This document shows, one piece after another, positions 8,518 to 17,772 of a stretch of DNA of 64,000 nt (positions are counted from its first letter, which is position 1; the number at the start of each line of letters is the position of its first letter). This DNA comes from Acidimicrobium ferrooxidans. GTDB lineage: Bacteria > Actinomycetota > Geothermincolia > Fen-727 > Anoxymicrobiaceae. The stretch spans positions 27,057 through 91,056 of the forward strand of contig DYIU01000004.1 in NCBI GenBank assembly GCA_020723485.1, read 5' to 3'. The translations under genes and the position numbers were made by a program. The notes under the pieces were generated by a model that was not told where the DNA came from, did not search any database, and saw only the letters and a program-made list of their open reading frames with translations.

Positions 8518-10158
8518 CTATTGAGAGTGGCGAAAACCTGTCGTGGGGTGGTCTCGATTGCCGGCGAAGATGCCGTAGTCCGCGATCTTTGCCGCCGCCC
8601 GCACCGCCCTCTCGGGTGTCGGCGCGGAGAAGATTCCCTTGCTCTGGAGGCGGGCGGCCGCCGACATCTCACGCTCGTCCATGGCCACGGTGATGACCGG
8701 CTTGCCGGTCTTCTTCACCAGCTTCTGCAGCCTCCTGACCAGGGCAGTGTCGGTCCACTGCCAAGCTTCGTTCGGGTTCAGGCCGGAGGAGCTGAGCGTG
8801 CCCTGGGCGCCGCCCGTCCCACCGCCACCGGTCTTCTTCCCGCCCTGCTTGTAGAACGCCCCGAACGAGCCCCTCCACTGAGAGAAGACGAAGGACGGCA
8901 CCCGCTTCACGTGGTTGCGGAGCATGCTCAGGAACGGCTTCATGGCGCCGTGCACGATGCTGTCGATGAAGAACTGCTTGCCTAGCAGGGCTCCCATCAC
9001 TATCAGTATGTCTACCTCGTCACAGCTGACGAGCGCGTCGATCGTCTGGAAGTGGCTCGAGCGCCGGAGGTTTCCCACCAGGTCTACGGGATTGCCCCGG
9101 CTCCAGAACTCGGGGAGTACCCGGTCGAGTTCGCTGATGACCTCCGGCGGGAGCTCCGCGAGTTCGAGGCCCTCCCTCTCGCAGGCGTCCACGGCCACGA
9201 CTCCCCAGCCTCCGCCCATGGTCATGATCGCCACGCGCTTTCCGACGGCCCTGGGCAGGGCGTCGAAAGCCGCCACGATGTCGATGAACTCCTCGGAGTG
9301 CGCGGCCTCGACGATCCCGCCCTGCTCGAACATGCCCTCGAACAGCTCGGGCTGGCCTGCGAGCGCCCCGGAGTGCGATCTGGCCGCTCGCCCCCCCAGC
9401 TCTCCCCGGCCCCCCTTCAGCACCACTATCGGCTTGCGGGGAGAAACTTCCCTTGCCGCGTCGAGAAAAGCCCTTCCGTCCCTCAGGCCCTCCACATAAA
9501 GCGCTATCACGTCCGTCAGCGGGTCCTCGCCGAGGTACCTCAGGTAATCCGGCATGTCGGTGTTCGCCGCGTTGCCGCTGCCTACGAAGCGGCTGAAGCC
9601 GACTCCCCTGCTCTTTCCCCACCTGAGGAGCTGCACGCCCAGGTTGCCGCTCTGCGAGATGAAGCCGACCCCGCCCCGGATGGGGGTCACGGGGCTTCCC
9701 ATGGCGCAGAGCGAAGCCGAGGCGCTGTATATACCCATGGTGTTCGGGCCGATGACATTTATCCGCGCCTCGTTCGCGAACCGGGCGAGCCTCCTCTCGA
9801 GCTCGACACCCTCCGGTCCCACCTCGCTGAAGTTCGAGGAGACTACGACCACGTTCCTGACACCTATCTCCGCCGCGTCGCCGAGGACGTCCAGGACCCT
9901 GGCCGCCGGGATTGTGACTATTGCCAGCTCGACCGGCTCGGGGATGTCCTTGAGTGTCGGGTAAGACGGAAAGCCCAGGACGGTCTTCTCCCCGGGGTTC
10001 ACCATGAGTATCCGGCCGCGATACCCGCCCCCGAGTATGTTCACCGGTATGGTGAAACCCCATTTGCCGGGCACGTTCGAGGCTCCCACCACCGCGATCG
10101 ACCTGGGATCGAACAGCGTGCTGAAATCCCTCGGGAACTCCTGCCTCTCTTTCTCCAA
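8518..10158 (-). CDS. acetyl-CoA synthetase (ADP-forming) / acyl-CoA synthetase (NDP-forming) alpha-domain protein
   Basis: N-terminal CoA-binding domain (LFDPRSIAVVGASNVPGKWG), succinyl-CoA-synthetase-like flavodoxin domain and catalytic His region (SGNLG..GSGNAAN). Confidence 0.75.
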   Translation of the reverse strand: MEKERQEFPRDFSTLFDPRSIAVVGASNVPGKWGFTIPVNILGGGYRGRILMVNPGEKTVLGFPSYPTLKDIPEPVELAIVTIPAARVLDVLGDAAEIGVRNVVVVSSNFSEVGPEGVELERRLARFANEARINVIGPNTMGIYSASASLCAMGSPVTPIRGGVGFISQSGNLGVQLLRWGKSRGVGFSRFVGSGNAANTDMPDYLRYLGEDPLTDVIALYVEGLRDGRAFLDAAREVSPRKPIVVLKGGRGELGGRAARSHSGALAGQPELFEGMFEQGGIVEAAHSEEFIDIVAAFDALPRAVGKRVAIMTMGGGWGVVAVDACEREGLELAELPPEVISELDRVLPEFWSRGNPVDLVGNLRRSSHFQTIDALVSCDEVDILIVMGALLGKQFFIDSIVHGAMKPFLSMLRNHVKRVPSFVFSQWRGSFGAFYKQGGKKTGGGGTGGAQGTLSSSGLNPNEAWQWTDTALVRRLQKLVKKTGKPVITVAMDEREMSAAARLQSKGIFSAPTPERAVRAAAKIADYGIFAGNRDHPTTGFRHSQ

Positions 10159-10213
10159 ACGACCCTCCAGAATCAGGTGACGTTTACGCTGGACCTGTTA
10201 TCCAGCTCGATGC

Positions 10214-11635
10214 TCAGAACTTGTACGGGCGGAACCTGCTGTTGAACGCCCTCCAGACCCGCAGCAGCCTCGGGCGCGAGTAGATCTTGGCCATGGCGAC
10301 CAGCCACAGCACCTCTCGAAGCGGCCTGTAGCCCCCGTATATGAGCAGGGCTGACCATGTGTGCCTGCGGCCGACCGCCCTCTTGCTGAAACCGGGCAGT
10401 TCCAGAACGGGCCGGCGTCTCTCGAGCTTGCTGTCGGGCGGCATCTCCAGGAGGCCCTGCTCCATACACATGTCGTAGAGCCTGGTGCCCGGGTATGGGA
10501 AGAACACGCTCAGGAGATACCAGTTCGGCCTGCAGGCGCGGTTCAGGCGCACCGTCTCCCTGAAGTCCTTCCTGGTCTCCCCCGGAAGCCCTATCAGGTT
10601 GTAGATGCCTACCTCCAGGCCGTGCTCCCTCGCCGAGGTGACGGCCCTGATGATGTCTTCGTTCGAGTAATTGCGCTTGAGCACGTCCCTGCGTATCCGC
10701 TCGCTGCCTGACTCGACCCCTATGTTGATGAAGCGGAAGTTGCTGTTCTGGAACGCGGTGAATAGGTCGTCGTAGCCCGTCCTGGGAGTGACCCTGAGGT
10801 TGGAACCGTACGCGATGGGCACCTCGAACTCGGAGTTGAGCTCCTCGAGCAGGGAGCACAGCTCGATGGCCCATTCCTGGTTGACGCCGAGGGTCTCGGC
10901 CTCGAGGTAGACCTCCTCCAGGAGCGGGAACCTGGTCTTTATGTCCTTTATCTCCTCGTAGACGTTGCGGGCCGAGCGCGTCCGGACGTAACGGCCGCCG
11001 GCCAGGTTGCTCAGGGCGTGGTTGCAGCAGTAGGTGCACTGGAACGGGCAGCCGCGCGCGGCCAGCACCGACGGCCTGGAAAGCGGATTGGCGAGCCACG
11101 GCAGCCACATGTCCCGGTCGGGGAACGGCAGCGAATCGAGGTCTTCGTTGAAGGGGCGCTGAGCGTTCCTCTCGACACCGTCCCCTGTCTTTATCTGCAG
11201 GTTGGCGATGCCCCGCGGAGCATCTCCGCGCTCGAGCTGCTCGACCAGCTCCAGGGTCGGGAACTCGCCCTCCCCGACGCACACCGCGTCGAAGGCTTTC
11301 TGAAGGCACTCCTCCGGCTTGAGCGAAGCGTGCGGCCCGCCCACCAGCAGGAATATCTCGGGGTGGTCCCTCTTCACCTTCCGGGCTACCCCGGACAGGA
11401 ACTCGAACTCGGTGTAGACGGACGTGAAGCACACCAGCTTCGGTCGGAACTCCCTTATGTGGCGCTCGACCTCGCTGTCGTTCATCCTGGTCGGCACGAC
11501 CAGCCTGGTGTCGTGGCCCCTGCTCTTGAGCAGCGAGGAGATGTAGGAGATGCCGAACTGCATCCGCTCGTACCCGTCGAGCGGTTTCTCCTCGGAGTAG
11601 TTGTCCTCCTCCGAATGCACGAATAATACGTTCAT
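10214..11635 (-). CDS. B12-binding domain radical SAM protein (class B rSAM)
   Basis: True start ATG 11635 (MNVLFVHSEED) with RBS GAAAGGAAAC; the ORF-track start at 11953 is an extension. N-terminal cobalamin-binding Rossmann domain (LVCFTS...LLVGGPH) then radical-SAM CPFQCTYCC motif. Confidence 0.75.
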   Translation of the reverse strand: MNVLFVHSEEDNYSEEKPLDGYERMQFGISYISSLLKSRGHDTRLVVPTRMNDSEVERHIREFRPKLVCFTSVYTEFEFLSGVARKVKRDHPEIFLLVGGPHASLKPEECLQKAFDAVCVGEGEFPTLELVEQLERGDAPRGIANLQIKTGDGVERNAQRPFNEDLDSLPFPDRDMWLPWLANPLSRPSVLAARGCPFQCTYCCNHALSNLAGGRYVRTRSARNVYEEIKDIKTRFPLLEEVYLEAETLGVNQEWAIELCSLLEELNSEFEVPIAYGSNLRVTPRTGYDDLFTAFQNSNFRFINIGVESGSERIRRDVLKRNYSNEDIIRAVTSAREHGLEVGIYNLIGLPGETRKDFRETVRLNRACRPNWYLLSVFFPYPGTRLYDMCMEQGLLEMPPDSKLERRRPVLELPGFSKRAVGRRHTWSALLIYGGYRPLREVLWLVAMAKIYSRPRLLRVWRAFNSRFRPYKF

Positions 11636-11689
11636 GTTTCCTTTCAGGTCGCATCGCGCCGGAACTGACGGTTCGGGGCGCCTTGGCAT

Positions 11690-11695
11690 ATTATA
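11690..11695 (-). promoter_or_regulatory. candidate -10 box (GTTCTCTATAAT on the minus strand) for the rSAM gene
   Basis: TATAAT hexamer about 50 nt upstream of ATG 11635. The same extended motif GTTCTCTATAAT lies upstream of tRNA-Asn at 23177..23182. Confidence 0.35.
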
Positions 11696-11747
11696 GAGAA
11701 CAATCGGTCGGAGCGCCGGGCCGGCGCCTTGGACGGCGATATCGGAG

Positions 11748-12197
11748 GTGGTTCTTGTGGTTGAGCCCGGTAAGGTCGAGGGCGAGCAGGAGAATAAGCC
11801 AAGGAGGCGCGGCCTCTGGATAGCGCTCATTTGCGTCGTCGTCATCATAGTCGCAGTCGCGGCGGCCGCGGGGATATACGCCATCGTCTTCAGCTCGGCC
11901 GCCAGCAGGCTCGAGGTAGGAAACGTCGACCTGTCGCGCGTTCCCGACGGCACGTACGAGGGCTCCTTCCGCCTCTATCACGACAGCGCGGTGGTCCGGG
12001 TGGTCGTGAAGGACCACCGTATCGACGAGGTCACTGTCGTCATCAAACCGTCAGGATTCGAGGAGTATGGCGAAGAGATCGTCGAGAGGGTCCTCCGAGA
12101 GCAGGCTATCGACATTGACACCGTCAGCGGCTCGACCACCAGCCAGAAGGTGATCTTGAGGGCGATCCAGGACGCCCTCTCCGGCCAGCAGGACTGA
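11748..12197 (+). CDS. FMN-binding domain protein, membrane-anchored
   Basis: GTG start (alternative GTG 11757 after GGAGGTG); N-terminal TM helix, then FMN_bind-like motif (DGTYEG...VVVKDHRIDEVTVV...SQ). Confidence 0.5.
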   Translation: MVLVVEPGKVEGEQENKPRRRGLWIALICVVVIIVAVAAAAGIYAIVFSSAASRLEVGNVDLSRVPDGTYEGSFRLYHDSAVVRVVVKDHRIDEVTVVIKPSGFEEYGEEIVERVLREQAIDIDTVSGSTTSQKVILRAIQDALSGQQD

Positions 12198-12233
12198 ACG
12201 CGGACGGCCCCTGATGATAAGCGGAGGTGGGAC

Positions 12234-12698
12234 ATGAAAGCAGCAGTCGTTTACCAGTCCAGGTGGGGCAACAACCAACGAATCGCCCAGGCAATCACCC
12301 GTGGCCTGTCAGAAGGCGGCGCGGATGCGACGCTGATAGAGGTGGATGACGCTGGTGGACTAGCGCCCGACGTGGACCTCCTCGTGGTGGGAGCTCCCAC
12401 GCGCGCCGGCCGCGCGACCGGCAAAATAAAGAAGTTCATCAAGCACGAGGTCGGCGGCGCCTGGGCGGGCAAGAGCTTCGCCGCGTTCGGCACGGGCCTC
12501 AAGGACAGGGGCGAGAAGGTGGAACCCAAGGGCGCGGACGACGTGTTCACGCGCCTCGAGGCCGCCGGTCTAAAGCCGGCCGCGCCTGCTTTCAAGGCGA
12601 CGGTCGCCGCCATGAAGGGTCCGCTCCTGGAGGACGAGGCCGAGCGCGCGCAGGAGTTCGGCAGGAAACTCGCAGCCGGCCTTGCCTCCGGCGGCTGA
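12234..12698 (+). CDS. flavodoxin-like protein
   Basis: RBS GGAGGTGG; MKAAVVYQSRWGNNQRIAQAI and LLVVGAPT flavodoxin-fold phosphate-binding loop pattern. Confidence 0.5.
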   Translation: MKAAVVYQSRWGNNQRIAQAITRGLSEGGADATLIEVDDAGGLAPDVDLLVVGAPTRAGRATGKIKKFIKHEVGGAWAGKSFAAFGTGLKDRGEKVEPKGADDVFTRLEAAGLKPAAPAFKATVAAMKGPLLEDEAERAQEFGRKLAAGLASGG

Positions 12699-12707
12699 GG
12701 GGCTTAT

Positions 12708-13574
12708 TTGAACACCCTGGATTCCCTGAGGATGGTCCTCGCCTGGGTCATCGCCTACCTGAAATTCGTTTTATGGACTCTCCGCGCCCGGCCCCGCGAC
12801 AGCCGGGGAAGGGTGACGGTGGGCGACCTGAGTCTCTTCTTCCGCCGTTACGGGGCGGGTGAGCCGGTTCTCCTCCTGCACGGCGGATTCAGCTTCTCGG
12901 AGATGTGGGCCGGCCAGGTACCGGCGCTCTCCGCCAGCTACGAGGTGACGGCGGTCGACTCGCCCGGCCACGGCCGCAGCACGCTGGGGAGCGACCCCCT
13001 CACCTACCGGGGTATGGCTCGTGACTTCGCCGCGCTCATCGAGGAGCTGGGGCTCGGGCAGGTGCACCTGGTCGGATGGAGCGACGGGGGCTGCGTGAGC
13101 CTGGCGCTCGCGCTCCAGCGCCCGGAGCTCGTACGCAGCATGACGCTGCTCGGCACCCCGTTCAACTTCGACAACTACGCGCCCGGGGCCGTGGAGGCGA
13201 TCGCCGATTTCCTTGCGCCGGGCTCGCCGGAGCTCCGGGGCATGCGAGTCATGAACCTCCTCATGAGTCCTGAGCCCGGGCGGTGGCGTGAGTTCATCGA
13301 GAAGATGACTGAGATGTGGACCCATCTACCCGACTTCACCATCGAGGAGCTCGGCGGCATCAATGTCCCGACCCTCGTGATTGGGTGCGACCGTGACGAG
13401 TTTCTCTCGCAGGGTGCCGACCCACTGAGGGTGTTCAAAGAGACCGCCGACGCGATCCCGGGCGCGATGCTGGCGGTGATAAGGGGTGGCACCCACAGCG
13501 TGAACGTCGAGAAGCCGGCCGAGCTCAACCGCGTCCTGCTGGATTTTCTGTCATCCGTGCCCGCTAGCTCCTGA
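12708..13574 (+). CDS. alpha/beta hydrolase
   Basis: LLLHGGFSFSEMW oxyanion region, nucleophile elbow LVGWSDGG, C-terminal His. Confidence 0.75.
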   Translation: MNTLDSLRMVLAWVIAYLKFVLWTLRARPRDSRGRVTVGDLSLFFRRYGAGEPVLLLHGGFSFSEMWAGQVPALSASYEVTAVDSPGHGRSTLGSDPLTYRGMARDFAALIEELGLGQVHLVGWSDGGCVSLALALQRPELVRSMTLLGTPFNFDNYAPGAVEAIADFLAPGSPELRGMRVMNLLMSPEPGRWREFIEKMTEMWTHLPDFTIEELGGINVPTLVIGCDRDEFLSQGADPLRVFKETADAIPGAMLAVIRGGTHSVNVEKPAELNRVLLDFLSSVPASS

Positions 13575-14754
13575 AATCGAAGTCGCCGTTCAAGAGGCGC
13601 CTGAGCATCACTTCGAGGGAATGCTTCTGGAGCGTGGGGACCACGCCGCCGCCGGCCTGCCACGCCAGGATTCCGCGGGTTACCTTGAGCATCATCAGGG
13701 GACTTAGCTTGAACAGCGTTTCGCGCAGCTCGGGACGGGCGCGCCCCGTCATCACCGCGGGCAGCATCCATTCCTTCGCGGTCCTCGCACGCTCCGGCCT
13801 GACACTCTCCCTGTAGAGGGGACCGGGGGCCGACGCGCCAGACGAGGCCGCCGCCGCCCCGGCGAGGTGGCCTGTGGCAAGCGCGGAGGAGATGCCTTCA
13901 CCCATGGAGTTTGCAAAGCCCGCCGCCTCTCCAACCACCAGAACCCTGTCCGTTCCAAGGCAGAACCGGTTCATGGCGGAGGGAAAGCACACCTTGCAGC
14001 CGAGCTTCATGACCGGTTCGGCCGGCCTGAAGCCGTACTCCCGGGACAGCATCTCCTGGAACGCCGACCGCGCGTCGGCAAGGCTCTTGCCCGGGCGCAC
14101 CGAGGTGTCCGTCACCACGAGGTCGTCCTTGACGTACACAGCGGGGTAGGCGCCGAACTCCGGCGAGACGAACACGTGGAGGTACCCCGGCTCGAGCGAT
14201 ATCTCCGTGCGGAAATACTGCTGGGTCGTGTTGACCATGGGGACTCCGGCAAGGAAAGACGGGTCGAGCTTGAGCGGCACCATGGTGAAGCAGCCTACCG
14301 CCGCAATCATCACCCGGGAGTTCACCCGGAGCTCCTGTCCGTTCCTCCGGCACACCAGTTCGACGCGGTCGCGCCACTCCGCGAAGTCCACGAGCCTCGT
14401 TTGGTCCATAACCCGCGCGCCCGACTCTGCGCAGAGCCACGCGTCGAACCGTTCACGCCAGATGTTCTCACCCGCCACGGGTACGTCCAGGAGCGCCCCG
14501 CCGGGAAGCCGCACCTTTACCCCTCCGACCCTTTGCGGCTCGGCCCTGACCTCGTCCGGCATCGGGCCGAAATGCGCCCCCAGCGGCCCCAGCGCTTCGG
14601 CGAACAGGTATCCCGAGCACGGCTTCGGCCTGGGTATGTGTTTGGCCTCCAGAAGGACGGTATCGAGCCCGCCCGCGACCGCTGCCTTCGCCGCCGCCGC
14701 GCCGGCGGGTCCGCCACCCACCACGACGACGTTACATCTCAAGTCTTCGGTCAT
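13564..14754 (-). CDS. geranylgeranyl reductase family FAD-dependent oxidoreductase
   Basis: [16 protein letters not shown] dinucleotide-binding motif, PCSGYL and conserved GGR-family regions. Confidence 0.7.
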   Translation of the reverse strand: MTEDLRCNVVVVGGGPAGAAAAKAAVAGGLDTVLLEAKHIPRPKPCSGYLFAEALGPLGAHFGPMPDEVRAEPQRVGGVKVRLPGGALLDVPVAGENIWRERFDAWLCAESGARVMDQTRLVDFAEWRDRVELVCRRNGQELRVNSRVMIAAVGCFTMVPLKLDPSFLAGVPMVNTTQQYFRTEISLEPGYLHVFVSPEFGAYPAVYVKDDLVVTDTSVRPGKSLADARSAFQEMLSREYGFRPAEPVMKLGCKVCFPSAMNRFCLGTDRVLVVGEAAGFANSMGEGISSALATGHLAGAAAASSGASAPGPLYRESVRPERARTAKEWMLPAVMTGRARPELRETLFKLSPLMMLKVTRGILAWQAGGGVVPTLQKHSLEVMLRRLLNGDFDFRS

Positions 14755-14761
14755 CGAGCTT

Positions 14762-15112
14762 TCACCCGGCCAGCTTCATGAACCACAGGGCGTACTTGAA
14801 ATTGCCGAGGATGCGGAGCTTCGAGCTGCCTATGGCTGAGTACACGTCCAGCTCGTTCTTCGAGAGCATGGTCCGGGCGGCCGTCTCGGCGTCGCGCCAT
14901 ACCAGTTGAGTGTCGGCGGCGGGGTCCGTGCCGCGCCTCGCCCAGGCCCTCCCCTTGCCAACGTGGTACGACCGCGCCCGGCAGCCGTCGGCCGTCCTTA
15001 TCACCAGCACGAAGCGCTCCATTCGCAGCAGCTTGCGGAACTCGGCGCTCGCAAGCCCCGAGATCCTCAGCTTCGCGCCTATCGCGAAGAGCAGTACCGA
15101 GAACTTCACCAT
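14762..15112 (-). CDS. SCP2 sterol/lipid-binding domain protein
   Basis: C-terminal MLSKNELDVYSAIGSSKLRILGNFKYALWFMKL matches the SCP2 fold signature (GKL.I.GN...A.KL). Confidence 0.5.
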   Translation of the reverse strand: MVKFSVLLFAIGAKLRISGLASAEFRKLLRMERFVLVIRTADGCRARSYHVGKGRAWARRGTDPAADTQLVWRDAETAARTMLSKNELDVYSAIGSSKLRILGNFKYALWFMKLAG

Positions 15113-15132
15113 CTTCCTCCGTATCCGGGCGC

Positions 15133-16416
15133 CTACAGGTACGGCCTGACGCTCTCAATCGTTATCTCGCCGCGCTCGACGAGCGGCACGACCTCCCGCA
15201 GGGAGTCCACGAACCTGTCCACGACCTCGTCCGTCACCGGGTCGACCAGTATCTTGATGAGAGGGGGCTGGAAGCCGGGCAGGCAGTACACCTTCCGCTC
15301 GAACAGGCCCCCGATGACCGCGAAGATGTCCATCCCCTCCGGGACCTGGAACACCAGGGGCGTTAGGTCCGTCTCCCAGCACTTCACGCCGTCAACGGAG
15401 TTGATGCCCTCGATGTACCGACGGCGGACCTCCAGGCAGCGCTTTGCCAGCTCAACGTACCCGTCCTCGCCGAGGAACTTCATCACCGCCCACGCCGAGG
15501 CCACGCTTCCCGCGGTGGTCGAGCCCATGATGGCCTCGGTGCTGTACGGCCCGTCCGGCCAGTCACTGGCCGTGAAATCGTGGTACCGCGCCCACTCCTC
15601 GGTCCTGAACGAGATACTCGAGAGGGGTTTGCAAGCGTACCCGTACTTGTGCAGGTCGGCCGATATGCTCCTCACCCCCGGCACCCGAAAGTCCCTTGCC
15701 GGGAGCCGGCGCCCCGCCTTCTCGATGAACGGCGCGAGGAACCCGCCGAGGCAGGCGTCCACGTGCATCCAGATGCCGTGTTTCTCAGCCCCCCGCGCCA
15801 GTCCTTCGATGTCGTCGTACAGGCCGTACGGCCAGCAGGGGGCCGAGCCGGCGATGAAGAATGTGTCCTTCGTTATCGCGCGGTCCATCGCGGCGACGTC
15901 CGCGCGGTAATCGTCACCCAGCTGCACCCGCTTCAGCCTGATTCCCGTATAGTGGCACCACTTGGAGATGGACCCGTGGATGGAGTAGGGCACCACTATC
16001 TCCGGCTCCCGCGCCCGCGGCCGCTCCTGCCGGAACCACTGGTACGCCGCGTTGATGGCGCAGTACAGGCTCTCGGACCCGCCGGACGTGAGCCGCACCC
16101 TCGCGCTGTCGGGATGTCCCAGCATCTCCTTTATCATCCGCTTGACCTCGACCGACATGCGCAGGGTCCCCGGCTGAAGCTCCTTGTACAGCATGTTGTT
16201 CCTGACGAACATCATGTTCGCCTGCTTCGCGATGCGAGCGGCGTCCATGTGGCTCATGAGCTGGACGCCGTACACGATAGAGTGGCCGACTATCCTGTCG
16301 AGGTCCTTCTTCTCGAAGGCCTCCAGCCCGTCCATCACCGCTTTCTCGTCGAGGCCCTGCTTCGGGAAGAGGTCCGAATCGAACCGAGGCTCCTCACCGG
16401 CTCCGAAGTATCCCAT
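15133..16416 (-). CDS. PLP-dependent group II decarboxylase (glutamate/tyrosine decarboxylase / sphingosine-phosphate-lyase superfamily)
   Basis: Fold-type I PLP enzyme with DLHKYGYACKP lysine site and WMHVDACLGGF. Confidence 0.75.
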   Translation of the reverse strand: MGYFGAGEEPRFDSDLFPKQGLDEKAVMDGLEAFEKKDLDRIVGHSIVYGVQLMSHMDAARIAKQANMMFVRNNMLYKELQPGTLRMSVEVKRMIKEMLGHPDSARVRLTSGGSESLYCAINAAYQWFRQERPRAREPEIVVPYSIHGSISKWCHYTGIRLKRVQLGDDYRADVAAMDRAITKDTFFIAGSAPCWPYGLYDDIEGLARGAEKHGIWMHVDACLGGFLAPFIEKAGRRLPARDFRVPGVRSISADLHKYGYACKPLSSISFRTEEWARYHDFTASDWPDGPYSTEAIMGSTTAGSVASAWAVMKFLGEDGYVELAKRCLEVRRRYIEGINSVDGVKCWETDLTPLVFQVPEGMDIFAVIGGLFERKVYCLPGFQPPLIKILVDPVTDEVVDRFVDSLREVVPLVERGEITIESVRPYL

Positions 16417-16447
16417 CTCTCCTCCACAAAAAGGCTCTAAGGTAGGT

Positions 16448-17614
16448 TCAGAACAGCTTTATCACGTAGGCGACGCCTATCCCCAGGTACGTGCCGATGA
16501 CCCAGCCTATGATGCCGGTTATGACCCCGGTGACCACTATCTCCTTGTTCTTGAGCGCAGCGGCCACCATGGGCACGAAAGGCGGGGACATCACGCCCGC
16601 GACGGACGTGATTATCACAGTGTCGGCGTCTATCTTGAAGAAGCTCGCGAACAGCACGTGGAGGAACAGCCCCACGAACACGGCCCAGGCGACCAGCCCG
16701 AGCATGGCCGGAGTGGTGCTGAACAGCTCCTCCAGGTCGGACATCGAGGCTATCACCAGCACGAAGACCAGTATGAAATACTGGCCCAGCTGGTAGGTCA
16801 TCGGGATACGTCTGATCCGGGAGCTGAAAGAAGCGAGTATCCCGAGTGTGCATACGACCAGCACGGCGACCATCATCTCCCAGTCCTTAGGGAAGATAAA
16901 CGTGGTGGCGAGGCCGACGACGACTATCAGGGCGGCGAGCCCGAACCCGCCCAGCAGGGGCACGAACTTCTCGCGGCTGAAGAACCCGTCGTAGCTCTCG
17001 TAGTCCTGTATCTCCATCTTCTCTTCATCCGTCTCCGCCGGCTTGAAGGGGGGGAGGAACTTGAGCAGTATCCGCTGCAGGACGGTTATCACCAGCAGGA
17101 GGTACAGCGCGCCCACGGCGACGTCGGATATCTGGGCCGAGGCGAACACGGTCTTGTTGACGTCGAGGGCGGTCCCGATGGCGGCGAGATTGATGGTACC
17201 GCCGGTATAGCAGCCGATGAGCATGCCGCCCACCTTCCAGGTCTCGCCCCCTATCAAGTTCCTGAAGATGAGGTACCCGGTCGAAGCCGAGATGATGACC
17301 GCCACCGTCTCCAGGCCGAACGACAGCATCGACTTACCGGCCAGCCTCGACCACTTCCTTATGTCAATGGAGAAGAATATGAGGGGAAGGGCCAGGCCGA
17401 TGGAGACGATGAAGATGATGTCCTGAACGCCTGAGAACTTCCTCGGAACCAGGTCGATGGCGCCCCGGGTCAGGAACTCGAGGTTCCCGAGCAGCAGTCC
17501 GGCAATGTAGCACAGCACGACGCCGCCCACGTTCTTCAGGACGGGGAACCTGTGGACCAGGTAGATTACGAGCACCGGAAAGAGGAAGTAGAACGCTAAC
17601 CACGCGATCGCCAT
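16448..17614 (-). CDS. DUF819-like polytopic membrane protein
   Basis: True start ATG 17614 (MAIAWLAFYF) after AGGAG; about 12 predicted TM helices. Confidence 0.5.
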   Translation of the reverse strand: MAIAWLAFYFLFPVLVIYLVHRFPVLKNVGGVVLCYIAGLLLGNLEFLTRGAIDLVPRKFSGVQDIIFIVSIGLALPLIFFSIDIRKWSRLAGKSMLSFGLETVAVIISASTGYLIFRNLIGGETWKVGGMLIGCYTGGTINLAAIGTALDVNKTVFASAQISDVAVGALYLLLVITVLQRILLKFLPPFKPAETDEEKMEIQDYESYDGFFSREKFVPLLGGFGLAALIVVVGLATTFIFPKDWEMMVAVLVVCTLGILASFSSRIRRIPMTYQLGQYFILVFVLVIASMSDLEELFSTTPAMLGLVAWAVFVGLFLHVLFASFFKIDADTVIITSVAGVMSPPFVPMVAAALKNKEIVVTGVITGIIGWVIGTYLGIGVAYVIKLF

Positions 17615-17735
17615 GTCCCGCTCCTGACATCCCAGGCCCACCGCTCCGGCTGACGATAATCTAGCATGAATCACCGCAGCCGGCACGCGGGCAAGCGCCC
17701 GGCCCGGCCGACCAGGGGCCCCACGGCGCCCGCGT

Positions 17736-17751
17736 GTTATGATTTCATAAC
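17736..17751. promoter_or_regulatory. perfect 16-bp AT-rich palindrome GTTATGAttTCATAAC (candidate operator / -10 region) upstream of the penicillin acylase gene
   Basis: 7+7-nt inverted repeat with 2-nt spacer in the divergent intergenic region between DUF819 (-) and acylase (+); AT-rich island in a GC-rich background, about 20 nt before ATG 17773. Confidence 0.4.
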
Positions 17752-17772
17752 GCCGACGCCAGCACAGTCAGG

